Positions 11,500-25,134 of a stretch of DNA of 64,000 nucleotides are shown here, one piece after another. The position numbers and the translations under genes are program-made. The notes beneath the pieces are model-generated. The model ran no database searches, was not told the DNA's origin, and saw only the letters and a program-made list of their open reading frames with translations. Within the stretch, counting starts at the first letter, position 1; every line of letters begins with the position of its first letter. The stretch is from assembly GCA_002633005.1 (NCBI GenBank), contig NMRA01000144.1, forward strand, positions 790,885 through 854,884, read 5' to 3'. Source of the stretch: Phoronis australis. Taxonomy: Eukaryota; Animalia; Phoronida.

Positions 11500-11760
11500 C
11501 AAAATGTTGTCATTGGAAGTTTTTGTTGTTATTTATATGTTGCCACTGCAAGTTGTTTTTTAATTTCATTGCTAAGCGTGAAAAGTCATGACCTTTTTGA
11601 TAAGCGCACCTGTTGCGAGCATGCGCAAGGTGATTTGTTTTGTTTACACTCAAAATGGCGGCACGTGTTTATTTTGAGGTCGCTCTTTTGTTAACTAGTT
11701 TCGTCTGCTTCTTTAGCCCTTGGTCGTGTTGAAAGAGCATACCTTTGTTGACTTATCGAT
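11500..11760. promoter_or_regulatory. Probable bidirectional promoter of PPCDC and the NACHT-WD40 gene
   Basis: Lies between divergent start codons (11445 and 12362); NRF1-like gagcatgcgca at 11617-11627; YY1-like caaaatggcggc at 11651-11662; locally CpG-richer. Confidence 0.55.
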
Positions 11761-12361
11761 GCGATCGATAACAGCACCATAAACTTGTTACGATCGCATC
11801 CTCTTGCCTATTCACCAATGAGGAGCTGTTCACAAGATTATGACAATCAATCACTCTGATCACCAACCGTGCGAATGAATGAGCGGTTTTTGAAATGCGA
11901 GTGACATCATAGTTGATTGTTTTTGTGCCACCGCCGTGCGGACTAAGTATTGAACCCAGTTCTCAGCCAATATTTGCATAGGACTTTCAGTGAAAGCAAA
12001 GTGACGTAGGAGAGAAGATACAGCGTTGCTGTGTTGACAATGCAATTGATTTCTCTGCCACTGGCGAGTAAAGCGGAGACTGTACTCCTTAGCAACTGAG
12101 CTGCGAACGAACTAGTTAGCTACTACAGTGCCCACTTTCTGTCACGTTGGGGAATTTGGCATGACATGAAAGCCCAGAGTTCCTGGATATTGCTAATGTT
12201 GTTTCACCAATCTCTAACATTTACGAACACAGCTTAAGTAAATGCACCAGCCATTCCATAAATCAATTTGAGTTTAGTAGCCAAAACTATTTGCTGCTTT
12301 ACCTCAGGTGGGCTGGATCTTGGAACAGTGACCATTGTTGACGCATCACTTCACAGAAAAG

Positions 12362-12450
12362 ATGGGTTGTAGTAGTTCTGCCCAGCAAGGCAGCAGAGAC
12401 AGTGTACCATCGAGGAACTATGAGTACGAAAAGGACAAATCACAGGAGGC
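12362..12450 (+). CDS. qui-1: NACHT/WD40 protein (NWD1/2 family, QUI-1-like), coding exon 1
   Basis: Acceptor ctcag| at 12307. ATG 12362 gives MGCSSSAQQGSRDSVPSRNYEYEKDKSQE, then GC|gtatgt; phase 2 matches the next exon. Confidence 0.75.
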
Positions 12451-13232
12451 GTATGTATTTTTATGATTTGTTTACAGCAGCCATTGAAACCATTACCATT
12501 TATATCTAAAACAGTTTGTAGGAACTTTTCATGGATCTTGCATGTCGCACGGGGCCGACTACATTTTCTGTATGAAGCTGAGCAAAAGTCACGGGCATTC
12601 ACAATGGTCATTTTGGCCGTCATTGACTAGAGGAGGGTTCCTAATAAATATACTTTAAATGAATTTCACGAGCAAACTTAATTTGCTATTTACTAGCTCG
12701 AGGTAAAATCTCACTTATTTAGGACTCAATGTAGACCAGAATTGAGCTTTTATAGGTGCGTTCACTATTTTCAAGTATTCTACCATGGATCTAAACAATA
12801 TTTTTGAAAAGTTGTATGTATTTAGAACAGTGTTCTTTTTCCGTTATACCAACCAGCGACCCACGAACATGCGTGTAAGGTACATGCATGACTAAACAGT
12901 GGTCTAAGTGTGTTTTGATAAAATTGTTCTATAGATGAAATGTCTAAAATCTCTTAAAGAGTTACTCAGCAGTTGTCAAATTTATTGTTTGTGTCTTTTT
13001 AATGCACCTTTAGATTTTTTTTTCAAATCCAACAGGTCTTAGTTCCGACTGCAGCTTGATGCAAAAGTGGAAAATTTCAGAACTTATGTTTTCATTGAGT
13101 ATCTGTCACCATCAAATTGGGTCAGATCAGATGTGGATCTAAAGAGGAGGTCCAAGGGTCACTTTGACACTGCTGTCATGGAGGAATATCAAGCCCCCAC
13201 TTTTTTGTCCCTTGTCAGATCATGGATCCGTA

Positions 13233-13578
13233 ACTGCATTCTTCACCATGAAAAGCAACCACCGACTTTGTAGAATATTAGAATAAAATATTAAAAAATA
13301 TTACTCATGTTGTACTATATAATATGTTTTGTGAGCCAAACATATGCAAGAAGATTAATTGTACATGTGTGGAGTGTCAGACACTAATTTGGATTAAAAC
13401 GATTTCGACTGCATATCTTCTCCATGAAAAGCGACCACTGACTATAGAATATAGGAATAAAATAGTAAAAGATATTTTTCATGTTGTACTATAATATGTT
13501 TTGTGAGCTAAACATATGCAAGAAAATTAGTTGTACATGTGTGGAGTGTCAGACACTAATTTAGATTTAAACGATTTC
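13233..13578 (+). repeat. Tandem duplication, two ~173-bp units
   Basis: actgca...ccatgaaaagc...gtacatgtgtggagtgtcagacactaattt...aaacgatttc occurs at 13233-13406 and 13407-13578. Confidence 0.9.
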
Positions 13579-14680
13579 AAAAACTGATTTTGCAATTGTA
13601 AATGGAATCATGGAACTGTATAGTTTTTCCTTTGAAGCAGTTAATGGTTCTTGACAGAATGTTGTGAGTTGTGTTAATGAAAATTATCAGCTTTAACTAA
13701 CCTGTTCACTGCGTAGAAAATCAATAAAATAATACGCCTGAAATTTACTCTGCTATAAACGTAAGTATCCTATTAACGATAACTTCAATTAAACGTTTTC
13801 TTTTCAGTTTGTTCAAGGTTACTGTATAGAATTTATTGTCAATTAGTTATTTGCCATTGGTATAAAAGTTAAGAATTTGAAATTTACTTGATTATTCTGT
13901 CTAGACTCTAGAGAATGTTTTTAAAAATTGCATATAAATGCCATGGAATTTTTTATAAATATTCATTAAGTACCATAGTTCATAGGTTCTAGATGCATGT
14001 TCAGTATGTTTGCTTTGAAAAAATCCTTTCTGTAGTTGTGTACATGCATTAAATGTAGCTACAAGTCTCCGTTATTCCAAGGGACCAGTTGTCATTTGAA
14101 CAAAATTGATCAATACTTGCTTTAAATTTTTGTAAACTTTGCATTAACAGAACATTCCCACCCCTGTTATACCATATATTATTGCATTCAAGGCCAGAGG
14201 CCCAAAGTACAACAACAAACATACATACAAGCACAGTTAAATGCAAAACATTGAGTTAAAAAATTTTTGTCTACATGCTGTGGCTAAGTGTACGAACTTT
14301 GCAATGTTAGACAAAGGTGACTTGTTTAAGGTTATGTAGAACTCTTAGAAAAACGTTCAGATTTGACCAACTTCCAAAACTTCATATCTCAGAAATTTAG
14401 ATGAAACTCAGATGTTCTCTACTTTATGCCGTGTTCTTCAAGAATGTGTTTGGAATTATTTTTAAAATGTTCAACGTTTGCATGAGGAACTAAGAAAAAA
14501 TAGGATTTTTATTATTTTTATGGAAAAAATCAAGTCGCACAAAGTGAAAGTGACAAAATAATTTTTAAAAATGTAGTGTAATGATTTTGAGATTTTATTT
14601 ATGTGTATATGAAATGAAATTTGATCATGTTTCTGATACCATTGTTTTACTTGTGCCATTTTTTGCTAAATTTTACTTAA

Positions 14681-15301
14681 GAGACATGGTCACGTAACCT
14701 AATTTAACAGCAGATTGGTAATTCTACTGGCTTTTTACTTAAAGAAAAAATAAATTTTTCTGAGTTAAAATCTATAGTATTGGATATATTTAAGGAAGCC
14801 TGTAACATGATAAACAGACTGCAATATTGAAAGTGGTTCTCTGTCACTGAAACAAAATTCAACCTGCTCAACAGGCATTTTTAGGGTTTGTTTGCAAAGA
14901 TTTTTAATTTCTGTTGATTACAAAGCATTTTCTTTTAGTTTCAAATTTCAAAAAAAAACAATCTGTCAACTGCTCACATCTCCGTCGTTTTTTCTCGCAC
15001 TAGGCAAAGCATGCGTCCTTATTTGGTATGGCAAGACATAGACGTAGCACATTTTCTTATATGGAGAACGTGACCTTTGACATCAGGCAACTGACTGTAA
15101 GCGCATGTGCACATTCGTGATAAGTGTGAGGGAGATTAGAAATTCACCTTCCCATGTATAATTTCAAAAACTGTGAATTGTGTGATTTTTTTCTGGAAAT
15201 TTTCTCACAAGGGAAAGTGAATTACTCTGTAATAAATGTTGCGAGATGATACTTTTGTCAGGAATTGATATTTTTGATGAGCTTTCGCATTCCATGCCTC
15301 T
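14681..15301. mobile_element. Possible non-autonomous Kolobok-like element
   Basis: ttaa-gagacatgg ... ccatgcctct-ttaa; only a ~10-bp terminal match. Confidence 0.3.
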
Positions 15302-15911
15302 TTAAATAAATTGCACTGACTTGTTGACAAGGTCCTACATAGGCTAACCTTAGAATTTATGCAAAGTCTAATAGACTGCATTTTAAGGTTACCTTATAAC
15401 CACAGTATAATTATACTTTGCATCATAGTATTTGATTCAAATGTAAAAAGTGCTCAAAGCCACCTGTACATGCATTCTCTAACAGCCAGAACAATTGAAT
15501 GCTTTTGAGTTTGTCTTGCTAAGTTATTTGTGTGTTGCAGGTCATACGTTGTTTCACCTGCTGTGTAATTGTCAAATGATGCATTTAGCTTGTACAGCTT
15601 TACCTTGAAACTCGCGTAGGAACTTAATTAAATACTGTGCTGTAGGAAATTAGTTGTGAATCTCTCCTGGGAAATTTACTGTTTCTGTCAATTTTGATGA
15701 GCACGCAGAAACTGTCTCGCATTCTACCATCATCAGGAAAAAATAGTGCAGGTGGTCCCACACATTGCATCAGACGTGCGCAGGCCACTCAGCTGGGTCA
15801 TTGCACCAATTACGTGACACTGTGTTTCATTTATTAACATAATACATATGGACATATACACAAATTATGACCAAGCTAGAGCTAAGCCTATATACCTTAC
15901 TTACCAGTGAG

Positions 15912-15978
15912 GTATAGTGGGATGTGAACCTATACGCCCTAAGGAGGGAGACACTTAACCAGGCTGGGCCATGACTGC
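15912..15978 (-). mobile_element. tRNA-derived SINE head fragment
   Basis: Minus strand shows A-box-like TGGCCCAGCCTGG and B-box-like GGTTCACATCC; no full cloverleaf. Confidence 0.45.
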
Positions 15979-16138
15979 TTCTTCCTGTCAATGTTGATGA
16001 GAGTGTGAGGAAACTCGCTCGCTTTCTGATGGCATTTTCATATTTATTGTGGTAAACTGTGATTTATTTTGTCCTTTTTTTCTGAAATTCTGGATCGCAT
16101 TTTTGCATTTTATCATCAAGTGTCGTCTACATTATCAG

Positions 16139-16140
<2 letters not shown>

Positions 16141-16182
<42 letters not shown>
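16141..16182. repeat. (TAT)n microsatellite
   Basis: About 14 consecutive TAT units. Confidence 0.95.
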
Positions 16183-16183
<1 letters not shown>

Positions 16184-18364
16184 TTCTCAGCGGAAAATTT
16201 AAATGTTTGGAATTAAAAAATTCAAGTACTGCGGTACGTGTTCAAAGGTCTACATTCGTGCCGTGAAGAATTTGTATGATAGGTCGTGCAATAAATGTAT
16301 TGAACTGTAAGGACAAAAGGCATTCTCGTTGCTGCAACCATTCAAAACTAGTTAAGCTTGATTCAGCCTGACACATGTGAAGTTGAGATTTTCCTTTGAT
16401 GATCAGATCCTCGTGTTAGTGTTCTGTTATTACCTGTACCTATAGCCACTAAAAGTATTTGATGTCTTTCACATACATGCCATTGACAGTTCATGTCATT
16501 GTCAATTGAACATGTTGGCAGTATATTTGACACTTCAACTCATGTTTACTTTGCATTGTATTACTTAACTGCATTGGTTTGCTACTGCTTAGTAACATGT
16601 AATCATCAAGTAAACCTGTCTGAGTGTTTAAAATTAAAGTCTAAAAAATCAGCAGCATTGGCGTTTAAAAAGAAAGTCAAACTTTCAAAAGCTTATATCA
16701 TGATTATGAGGTCATGTTTTTCTGTAGATAACGCTTTCGTTTCTTTGTAGCAGATTTTAAAGAATTGTGTTTTGTAAGTGTATGCTCTTCCTTGGCTTCA
16801 CATTCACAGACATGGCAGTTAATTAACAGTAAGATCAATCCTAGCTCATCGGAGCTGATTCTGGCCAGTGGCAGACTCTGTACTTGTGTAAACTCCTGGA
16901 ATTTAAACGAAGCTTGTCAATCTTGAAAAACTTGGGCAGGGAAGTTTAAAATTTTACCTTATTTAAAATACAGCTTTAACTGAAAACAACAGTTACAGGT
17001 ATGTAAAAGTCCTCATTGTCTCTGAGTTCCTCATCCTGATTCTATGCGCATCTTTAGCAAAGAATATTCAATACAAATTAAGACATTGTGGAGAGAACTC
17101 CAACCGTGCTGTTGTTACCGCCGAGTGCCATCAATAAGGCCGAATATATATGTCACCTGAAGTCTTTGAAAATTTGGCCAATCGTAGCCTTTCCAGTGCA
17201 ATTTATGGCGACAAATGTCACTTAAAGTCATTTTTATTTATACTATTTCAGTTTGTTAATCAATATTGCACTTTTAGGCATGCTCGGTTTTGTCTAAACG
17301 GAATAATCTTGCCCAGAAAATTTTCCTCCCCTTAATTACATTTTCCAAATTTTAAACTTGTACATAGCTGGCATATTAAAAGGTTACCAAATCTGGTTTT
17401 TGACCTAGTAACAGATATTGAAAATGACTTTCCCATCCAATTCTCTGAAACAAAATAATGCTCTGTAACCCTCGACAACCGGAGTAAAATTTGAAACTCC
17501 TTACGAAGTCTGCTAACGGGCAAGCGTAACCCATGGTTTTAGTGAATTACTGGGCAACTACGGAAAAGACCACCTACCAAGAACCATAATATCCAATCTG
17601 TGACTTAGGGAGTATTAGTTTTTCGTTGATTCCTGTTTTTATCTCCAAGATTGACGCCAATGATGCATTAGCAGATGACAGAACAGGGTTGGAGTAAGCA
17701 AAAAAGGGTTCAGTATCCTTTTAAAGTATAAAAACTTTGTTGTTTCATTTATTTTCTAAACATATTGACAAAATTTGACATTTATGAGCACGAGATCCTA
17801 AAAGTTAGAGGATGATCTCTTTCATACATGCTAGTATTGTGATTAGATGTGAACTTCACTATAATTTTGCCACAGTTGCCAATCCCACTGATTTCATTTC
17901 AAAATGAAATTCAAAAGTAGACTTTTAATGTTAATTTCTGATGTCCAATTGCTTCTAGAGATACAGTTAACATTGCTATCTCCCTAGTATAGTCCAAACT
18001 TTGATATCATGACATCTGGTTGGCTGATCAAATCCTGTACTCAAAATCTCCTAATATGAAATCAATTTGTTTTCTTCTTAAAAATTGCATTGAAGTGTCA
18101 TCTTCAGTCGATCATGGCCCAGGCGTATAAGGATAGGCCAACCTTGTAAAAATAGATGAAATCTTGCCATGGTTTGTATTTGCGAGTGCTTTGAATGGTC
18201 TTTTTAGGGTCGTCTGATCACAGAATAGACCGGATGACTGATGCAGGTGTTATGTGTTAAATCCTGGTTTAAATAATTTCAGTTTTTGATGAGTATCATA
18301 AGGGAAAATATCAAACCTTGTGTAGTGCAAATCATGTCCAGGTTAAGTAAAATCTCACATATTA

Positions 18365-20043
18365 CAGTAAAAAATCCTGAATTTAGGCCAGGGTCCTGAA
18401 TTTCGGACACCTAAATCCAACCCAAGCTGAATTTTTTAGATTCTGAAATTTGGGACCCGGTCGAATTTGGCATTCACCATCATTCTCAAATTTTGAACAC
18501 CTCAATTTTATCGGCATTTGTTGTAATTCTCACATTTCGGACAGTGCGCTTTTTCGTATGATCGGGGGCTGAATGTAAGTCTGAAATTTCATCAAGTAAC
18601 GGTGATGATTTATACATCGTTTAAAACTGCCGCCGGTGTAATGTATTGACTGATGTCACAGTCTATAGTTATTGATGCGGATGGTCTGTGAATATCTTGC
18701 ATGTTTTCTTAGCAGTCGTAATCACGGATTCAAAATATTTGCCACACTTGATCGCGGTTTCACTTTTCAAATAAAAAGTATGTTCTTCAATAATAATCAC
18801 CACAGTGTCATGCTTTGTATTTGGATTAACAGCTAATTAATAAGCACCGGTGATAAGACCGTTGTGTTACCAAGTCAGATCCCAGGTTCACGGCTTCAAT
18901 TTTTTCTGCAAACCTGCAGCCAACTTACCTTCCTATCAGTGCCCCGACCGCTTACTATGCCATGTGCCCAAATCAGCAAAACGATGTTCAGTGTCAAGTT
19001 AAAACAGACTGAAAACGAAAAATCCATGTCTAGTTTGTCGTGCAGTATACGTCATGTTGTTAGTATATCTTTATGTCTCGACCTACCGGCATTCTATTTA
19101 CTAGCCTATTTTGTATTCTACACAAAATGTTTGGGCTCTCTCGCACCAAGGTTAAGAATTTTAAAGCCATCTAAAACAGTGTGAACCTATTCTACCCATC
19201 CCCAGTCTCTTTCATGGTTGTTTGGCCCATGGCGTGTGATTTGTAATATGATTTCTTGACCATCAGATCGATCTGAATCTGCATACGCGCATAAAAATAA
19301 ATTGATTTTATTCACGAGCGGACGGCACTGCTATCGGGCTGATGTGAACATAGAACAGATAAAATTTCAACAGCAGTACCAGGAATAATCTCGGGACAAA
19401 CCACTTTTATAAAAAAGCATAGTTAGCCTCAAAGAAGCTAACACACTAATGTAGCCAGCTACTTGAACAGTCACTTGCGTGTGGTGGTGTTTTGCGGTTA
19501 GAACTATGTAGGCTCTACTTCGGTTAAATTGTGATCTGGCCTGCTGCTATATGTTTCGGAATAGTTCAAACAATTCTAAACTTTTTGTGATTGAATATAA
19601 CCCTGTCGCATATACCAACAGTTTTATAATTGTAATATACTGCAGTCGCGTCATCTGTTTGGTTTGCAGTTTAACGTGAAGACGTTGAGCACCAATGCAT
19701 ATTGCAAATAATCATGACAAATATATATATTTCCTATCGCAAAGTTTGGTGAGTCGATTCTGTTCAGAGTCAGTAACATCGCCGTTTATGTTTTTGAGGA
19801 CATCGTGTGAATTTCTTGTCAGTAATAACGATCACATATCTGCGCTGCTGTTCAAATGGTGTAAAACCGCAAATCAAAACGTCAGCACCCGACCACACAA
19901 ATTCTAAGATTTCGGACACCATCGAATTGCCGTCTTTCTCCTATTTCTCGGAGTTCAGACGGCCAATATTGCATATTTCTAAAATTTAGGACAGGTTCAA
20001 AATATTTATTTTTTCACTGTCTTAAATTCCAGAATTTTTACTG
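18365..20043 (+). mobile_element. Non-autonomous Tc1/mariner (pogo/Tigger-like) element, copy A
   Basis: TA-CAGTAAAAAATCCTGAATTTAGG ... CTTAAATTCCAGAATTTTTACTG TIRs; repeated aatttcggaca subterminal motifs; homologous to 20903-22734. Confidence 0.8.
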
Positions 20044-20435
20044 CAACAAGATAGTTATACATTGATTTGCACATCTCTAAAATGAGTTGAAAAAACTGTT
20101 ACACTTAGTTAAACCTGTGAACACCAGGAAGTACGTAGTGCGCGTTGTGAAATAAATGCATAAGTAAAGAGTGCTGTACCATGTTACATATTGCATATTG
20201 ATTTATGAAGAAAACTATTGGTGTTAATGTTGAAACCTGATGCCACTTGTCACACTTAGTACATTTTTCTTGCTTTTGTATCATACCACAATATTTGTAA
20301 TATATTTATTAGCGTTTTTTCACTTGTATTTCAAATGGCTCGAATAGAGAAACAGTTTGGCAAGACTGTTGTCTGCTACCAATAGTCTGCAGCCAACTGC
20401 TGATGTGGCTTCAACTATCTGATTTTGTTTTCTAG

Positions 20436-20740
20436 ATGTGAAAAGCCAGCTGCCAGTGGTCAAAGAGCACCAGATCAAAAGGCTTCTGTAGCTCAGAATA
20501 ATTTAGAAGTGAAATCTGCTAAAACTACAGAGGGCAGCAGTGTCGGGCAAATAACCAATCAAAACTCTGCCTCCACAACAGTGACACCTACCAGGAAGTC
20601 TACTGGTCCCAATGTTTTGCCAAAGTTGCCAAATATCACAGAGAATGGGAAAAGCCTTCTCTACGGACGAATTCATTCGCTGAGTGTATCATGTGACAAG
20701 CCAGATGTCATCCAGTTCTACCATTGTGCTGTAGCTGAAG
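20436..20740 (+). CDS. qui-1: NACHT/WD40 protein coding exon 2 (low-complexity linker to start of DUF4062-like domain)
   Basis: tctag|A TGT GAA AAG...GCT GAA G|gtaaat; open frame, phases 2/1 consistent with neighbouring exons. Confidence 0.85.
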
Positions 20741-20902
20741 GTAAATATTTATGATGAAATTTGAGACTGACTGTAATATTTTTTAAAATGACATGATCCT
20801 TGTATTCCAAACTATCAGCTGAGTTATGAGTATGTCCCATTTTTTAATATTTGGCTGATAGTACAAAAACTATGAACTGGCATTCAAAACTCATTTTAGG
20901 TA

Positions 20903-22734
20903 CGGTAAAAATTCACAAATTTAGGACAGTCCCGAATTTTGCACACCTAAATCCAACCCCTAAGTGAATTTTTTTGATTCTGAAATTTGGGACACAGTCA
21001 AATTCGGCATTCACCATAATTTTCATATTTCGGACAGTGTGCTTTTTCGCATGATCAGGGGCTGAATGTAAATCGCTCAAGGCGTGTTACACAACAAATA
21101 TATTTCCTATCACAAAGTTTGGTAAGTCGATTGTGTTCAGAGTCAGTAACATCGCTGGTTATGTTTTTGAGGACACCGTGTGAATTTCTTGTCAGCAATA
21201 ACGATCACAAATCTGCATGGCTGTTCAGATTGAAAGTTGGCACCCGACCACATAATTCTAAGATTTCAGACAGAGAAGTGTGGCAGTAAATACCCGTGCA
21301 AAATGGTGGCTTGGCAGTACCAGATATAAACGTTACCTATAACTCATTGTTAGCAATATGGGTTCAGCGTTATGTAGAAGGAGAAAACAAATACTGGAAA
21401 GCCTTTCCAAATTTCTTTTTTAGGAGGTATGGGTGTGCTTTGATTTTTAAATCAAAATTTTCTGCCAAGTTGTTGAATTTAGATGATACCACAAACTTTT
21501 ATTGTGACTTGTTGATTGCATGGGAAAATGTTAGCGTTGTCTTACACAGCGAAATTGATATTATTAGTCAGGTAATATGGAACACTAGAAATGCAAATCT
21601 GTGTTTTTCAGTGGGTTCTACAAGACTGGTATAGTTTATGTAAAAGATATTATTAGATGTTCAAAACAAGTTTTTGTCTTGGGAAGTTATGAAACAAAGA
21701 TACAAATTTTCTGGTTGGTTACAATACTATGCCTTGAACTATGCCTTGATGAAGGCACTTAAGTAACCTAATAGAATGAACACTTCCAAGACAAATTAAT
21801 GGACGACTTTCAGTACAGCCAGATTAATACGCAATCAACGAAAAATTACTTTTCACATAAAACGATTTAACAACCTGATGTAGATCACAGTTTAAGTGAA
21901 ATTTATTCAGAACAACAAATTGGAAAGATTTACGCGTTGCCATTCAGACTTGTACTCCTTCCAAAAGTTAAAATTTATAAATATTATGTGCATAGAAAAG
22001 TTTACACAAAGTATCTCTTGAAAAAGATGAAGATTATACGAGATGATAGTTATTTGCAATGTCCTGTAATGCTGTTGAAACTTTTGATCATTTGTGTTTT
22101 GTTATTGTTCACTAATGTACAGGCGCTGTGGTCCAAAGTTCAAGCTTTGTTAAGTGATGTAACTAAACAAACCATAGATTTAGTAAAGAATAGCATTTAA
22201 ATGCGTATTTTGGACCTAATTTTGAGGAGATTGATAATGTACTAACTTTATGCCTGTACTTTATATTTCAATCATCTTTGGACCACAGCAAGCCTACTTA
22301 TGAAAAATTTTTATATTCCTTGTATTATTATATCAAAGTTAGACGAAAGCTGATCATCAGTTTTAAAAAAAAACCTGAATTTCATCTTTTGGGAAGCCCT
22401 GTGAAAATACTTAGACATATATTTACTCGCACATGTATAATTTTGGAAGTAACACGTACATTAAGAGTGTGTGGGTGTATGAATATTGTATGAATGTTGT
22501 ATGAATGTTGTGCCTTTTCCATTACTAGATAGTTATTAGTTACCATTTGCTGTTACTTTCCTTCTTTTGAGGAATAAAACATTTACTTATTCAAAAAGAA
22601 GATTTCAGACACTGTAGTTTTGCCGTCTTTCTCATATTTCTCGTTTTCGGACAGCCAATATTGCCTATTTCTAAAATTTAGGATAGGTTCAAAAAATTTA
22701 TTTTTCACTGTCCTAAATTCGGGAATTTTTACCG
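20903..22734 (+). mobile_element. Non-autonomous Tc1/pogo-like element, copy B (shorter, interrupted by a LINE)
   Basis: TA-CGGTAAAAATTC...GAATTTTTACCG-TA with perfect TA duplication; same orientation as copy A. Confidence 0.85.
21273..22598 (+). mobile_element. 5'-truncated L1/Tx1-clade LINE with 13-bp TSD
   Basis: GGLAVPDI...LLAIWVQRY...WKAFP post-RT region; AATAAA at 22573 and a short A-tail; TSD aagatttcagaca at 21260-21272 and 22599-22611. Confidence 0.88.
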
Positions 22735-25134
22735 TACTTTCGTAGAAGAGGTATACAGGACAAATGTCTCTCCGAAAACTGGAGGAGTGACTTTTTCATG
22801 ACCAGTTTCCTATATAAGTGTCATTTCTGACAAAATTTCCAACAAAACATTAGTCCAATTTGATTTCCTACAAAAGTGTTCTCTTTGAGAGTTCAAAATT
22901 CTGCAAAAGTTTCATTTTCAAAGTACAAAATCTGTAAAAGGGTTTTTGATATCATCGGTGTTTTTAAAACTGTGGTTGGAAAAGATGTACTCAACATGCC
23001 GTCTCAGTGTACTGTTCTGGGTTTAATGGGGAAAAGCGAGGATCCTGTAGTCAAAAGGGTTTATGAAATTAACCCCTATAAAAGTTTGGTGAAATGGTGA
23101 CCTTTTTCTTGGAAGCTCCTTACAAATCGGTGTCTCTTTTTTAGGAGTCCATTATCTAAACTGATGGGTGGCTCTCCTGTTTTTCTAGCCCTTCAATGAG
23201 TACCCTGCAGGCTTCTTTGCCAGGGTACTCAGATTATCGAGCCTGTTTTTCTGAAATGAGTTAACAATATTTGAAAATAGTAAGACTACCACATTTGTCT
23301 CTTTTTGTAAAAATTTGTGTCTCAGTTTATGTAATCTGTAAGTCAGTGAAATTAATTAGGCTGGTTTTCTTCCGCAGTCAAAGAACTATGATGTGAGATA
23401 AGAAACAACTATGCCTTAGTGAGATAACCAACAACTACCGGTATGCTTTTGTGAGATATAAGCTAGGACAGTAACTTGTTACATTGTTAGAAACCTACTT
23501 TAGATATTCTGTAATCAGTTACCATAGCACACTCAGACCTAAAAGAGATTATGTACATAATTATGGTATTTGGAAGCAATGGTCCTGAAGCTAAAATGCT
23601 GTGGACTAATTGACATCGATTTAAGAACAGTTTTCAAAAGATTGTATGACAAATTATTTGACACATAATATGTCTTCAGGAACTGAAAATAGGGTTGAGT
23701 GACATTTTGTAATTAACTTTATTGACTAGGTAGGTCAGGGCCTGCTTGAACTTGGAGGACTAACCATGGTTGCGTTCAAACCTGCAAGAAACGCAGCATC
23801 ACATGAGACTTGTCGAGATATCAACATAGTGATGTAAAAGCAAAGCATGTGCTTGCATTAGCTTTTTCTCAAAGTAAATTCCTACTTGTGATGCCGACCG
23901 ATTTTGAACGCAAAACTATTAAACCACATTGCAGACTTAATAAAAAATTTGCAGTTGACCTGATTATGGATTTGTGTCAAATTGAACTGTAGTTATTACG
24001 TTTTTCAAGGTGCAAGATAACGTTCTGAGTTCACAGGAACATTACGGGTTTTCTTTCTGATATTTTCTTGTGAATCATATTAAATTATCCCACTGCACAG
24101 CATTAGCAATTTGATGACATGGTGGCCATAAAGAATTTATAAAAAACTGGGACTTCATTTTACCCCCATACAGAAGCACAGAACACTGCCTACCAATTTA
24201 ACTCATGGCCATCTAACAACCAAGTGTATCTCATTGTGTTGCTGTTATACGGGAACATGAATATTTACTGCACGTTGGACAATTGCAAATTTGACCTTCG
24301 TCTGATCTCTCCACAAAAATAGACCCTGAGAATACTTCATCGTTGTCACGGTGTTCTCTCCAGTTGTACAGTTGAACTTGTGTGGCCCTACAGAAAATTT
24401 GAAAAATGGGAATTTTTGCTTTTTGTTTCTAATGAAAGATCACTATTTTATAGACTGTTTTCTGTCAGAATCGAGAATGAGAAGTAATTTTTGAGGCTTT
24501 GTGCACCATCCTTCTGGTTTACCCTAATTCATCACCTGCATAACATTCAATATAGCAGCAGGTGAAATTTTGTCAAATTTCGCAACAACATGACTGAGAA
24601 AATTTTAGGCTGTTTTAACGATTACATTTGGCAAAAGATTCCATTCCTTGTTGTGAGGACTGTCATTAAAAACAGAAAAGTGACTTTGAAGATGAATGGC
24701 AATCATTTTTGTGTAAACTATAAGTGAAAAATTACTGTACATTGTGACTGCCGTGTCGGTTTCTCTAATTGTTATCTCTGCAGTGAAATCCAGGGGTTTT
24801 AGTCATGATTGTCATCAAATTGATTTTACTTATACCTAATTACTTTCATCTTCTGACTCGCATTCTTATGACGTCAATATTGACAGAATAGTCCGACTGT
24901 TGTCTTGTTATGTCATTACTAAAGAGCTGGAGAGGTTGCCTGTGTGTGTGCAATGACTTAGCAGTATTAACATCGTCCTATTTTTAACATGGATAGCAAT
25001 TATCGAGAAACAGAAGATTGAAGTACCATAGATATCTCCTTAGCAATGTCCAATGACAATGTGTATTTGAGTATATGTATATAAATATATATGTAATTAG
25101 TGAATGTAGTTGATACTTGGTACAGGACTTGCTT

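Noticed and set aside
15912-15978. tRNA gene
   Set aside because: A and B boxes are present but there is no consistent acceptor or anticodon stem; better explained as a SINE head.
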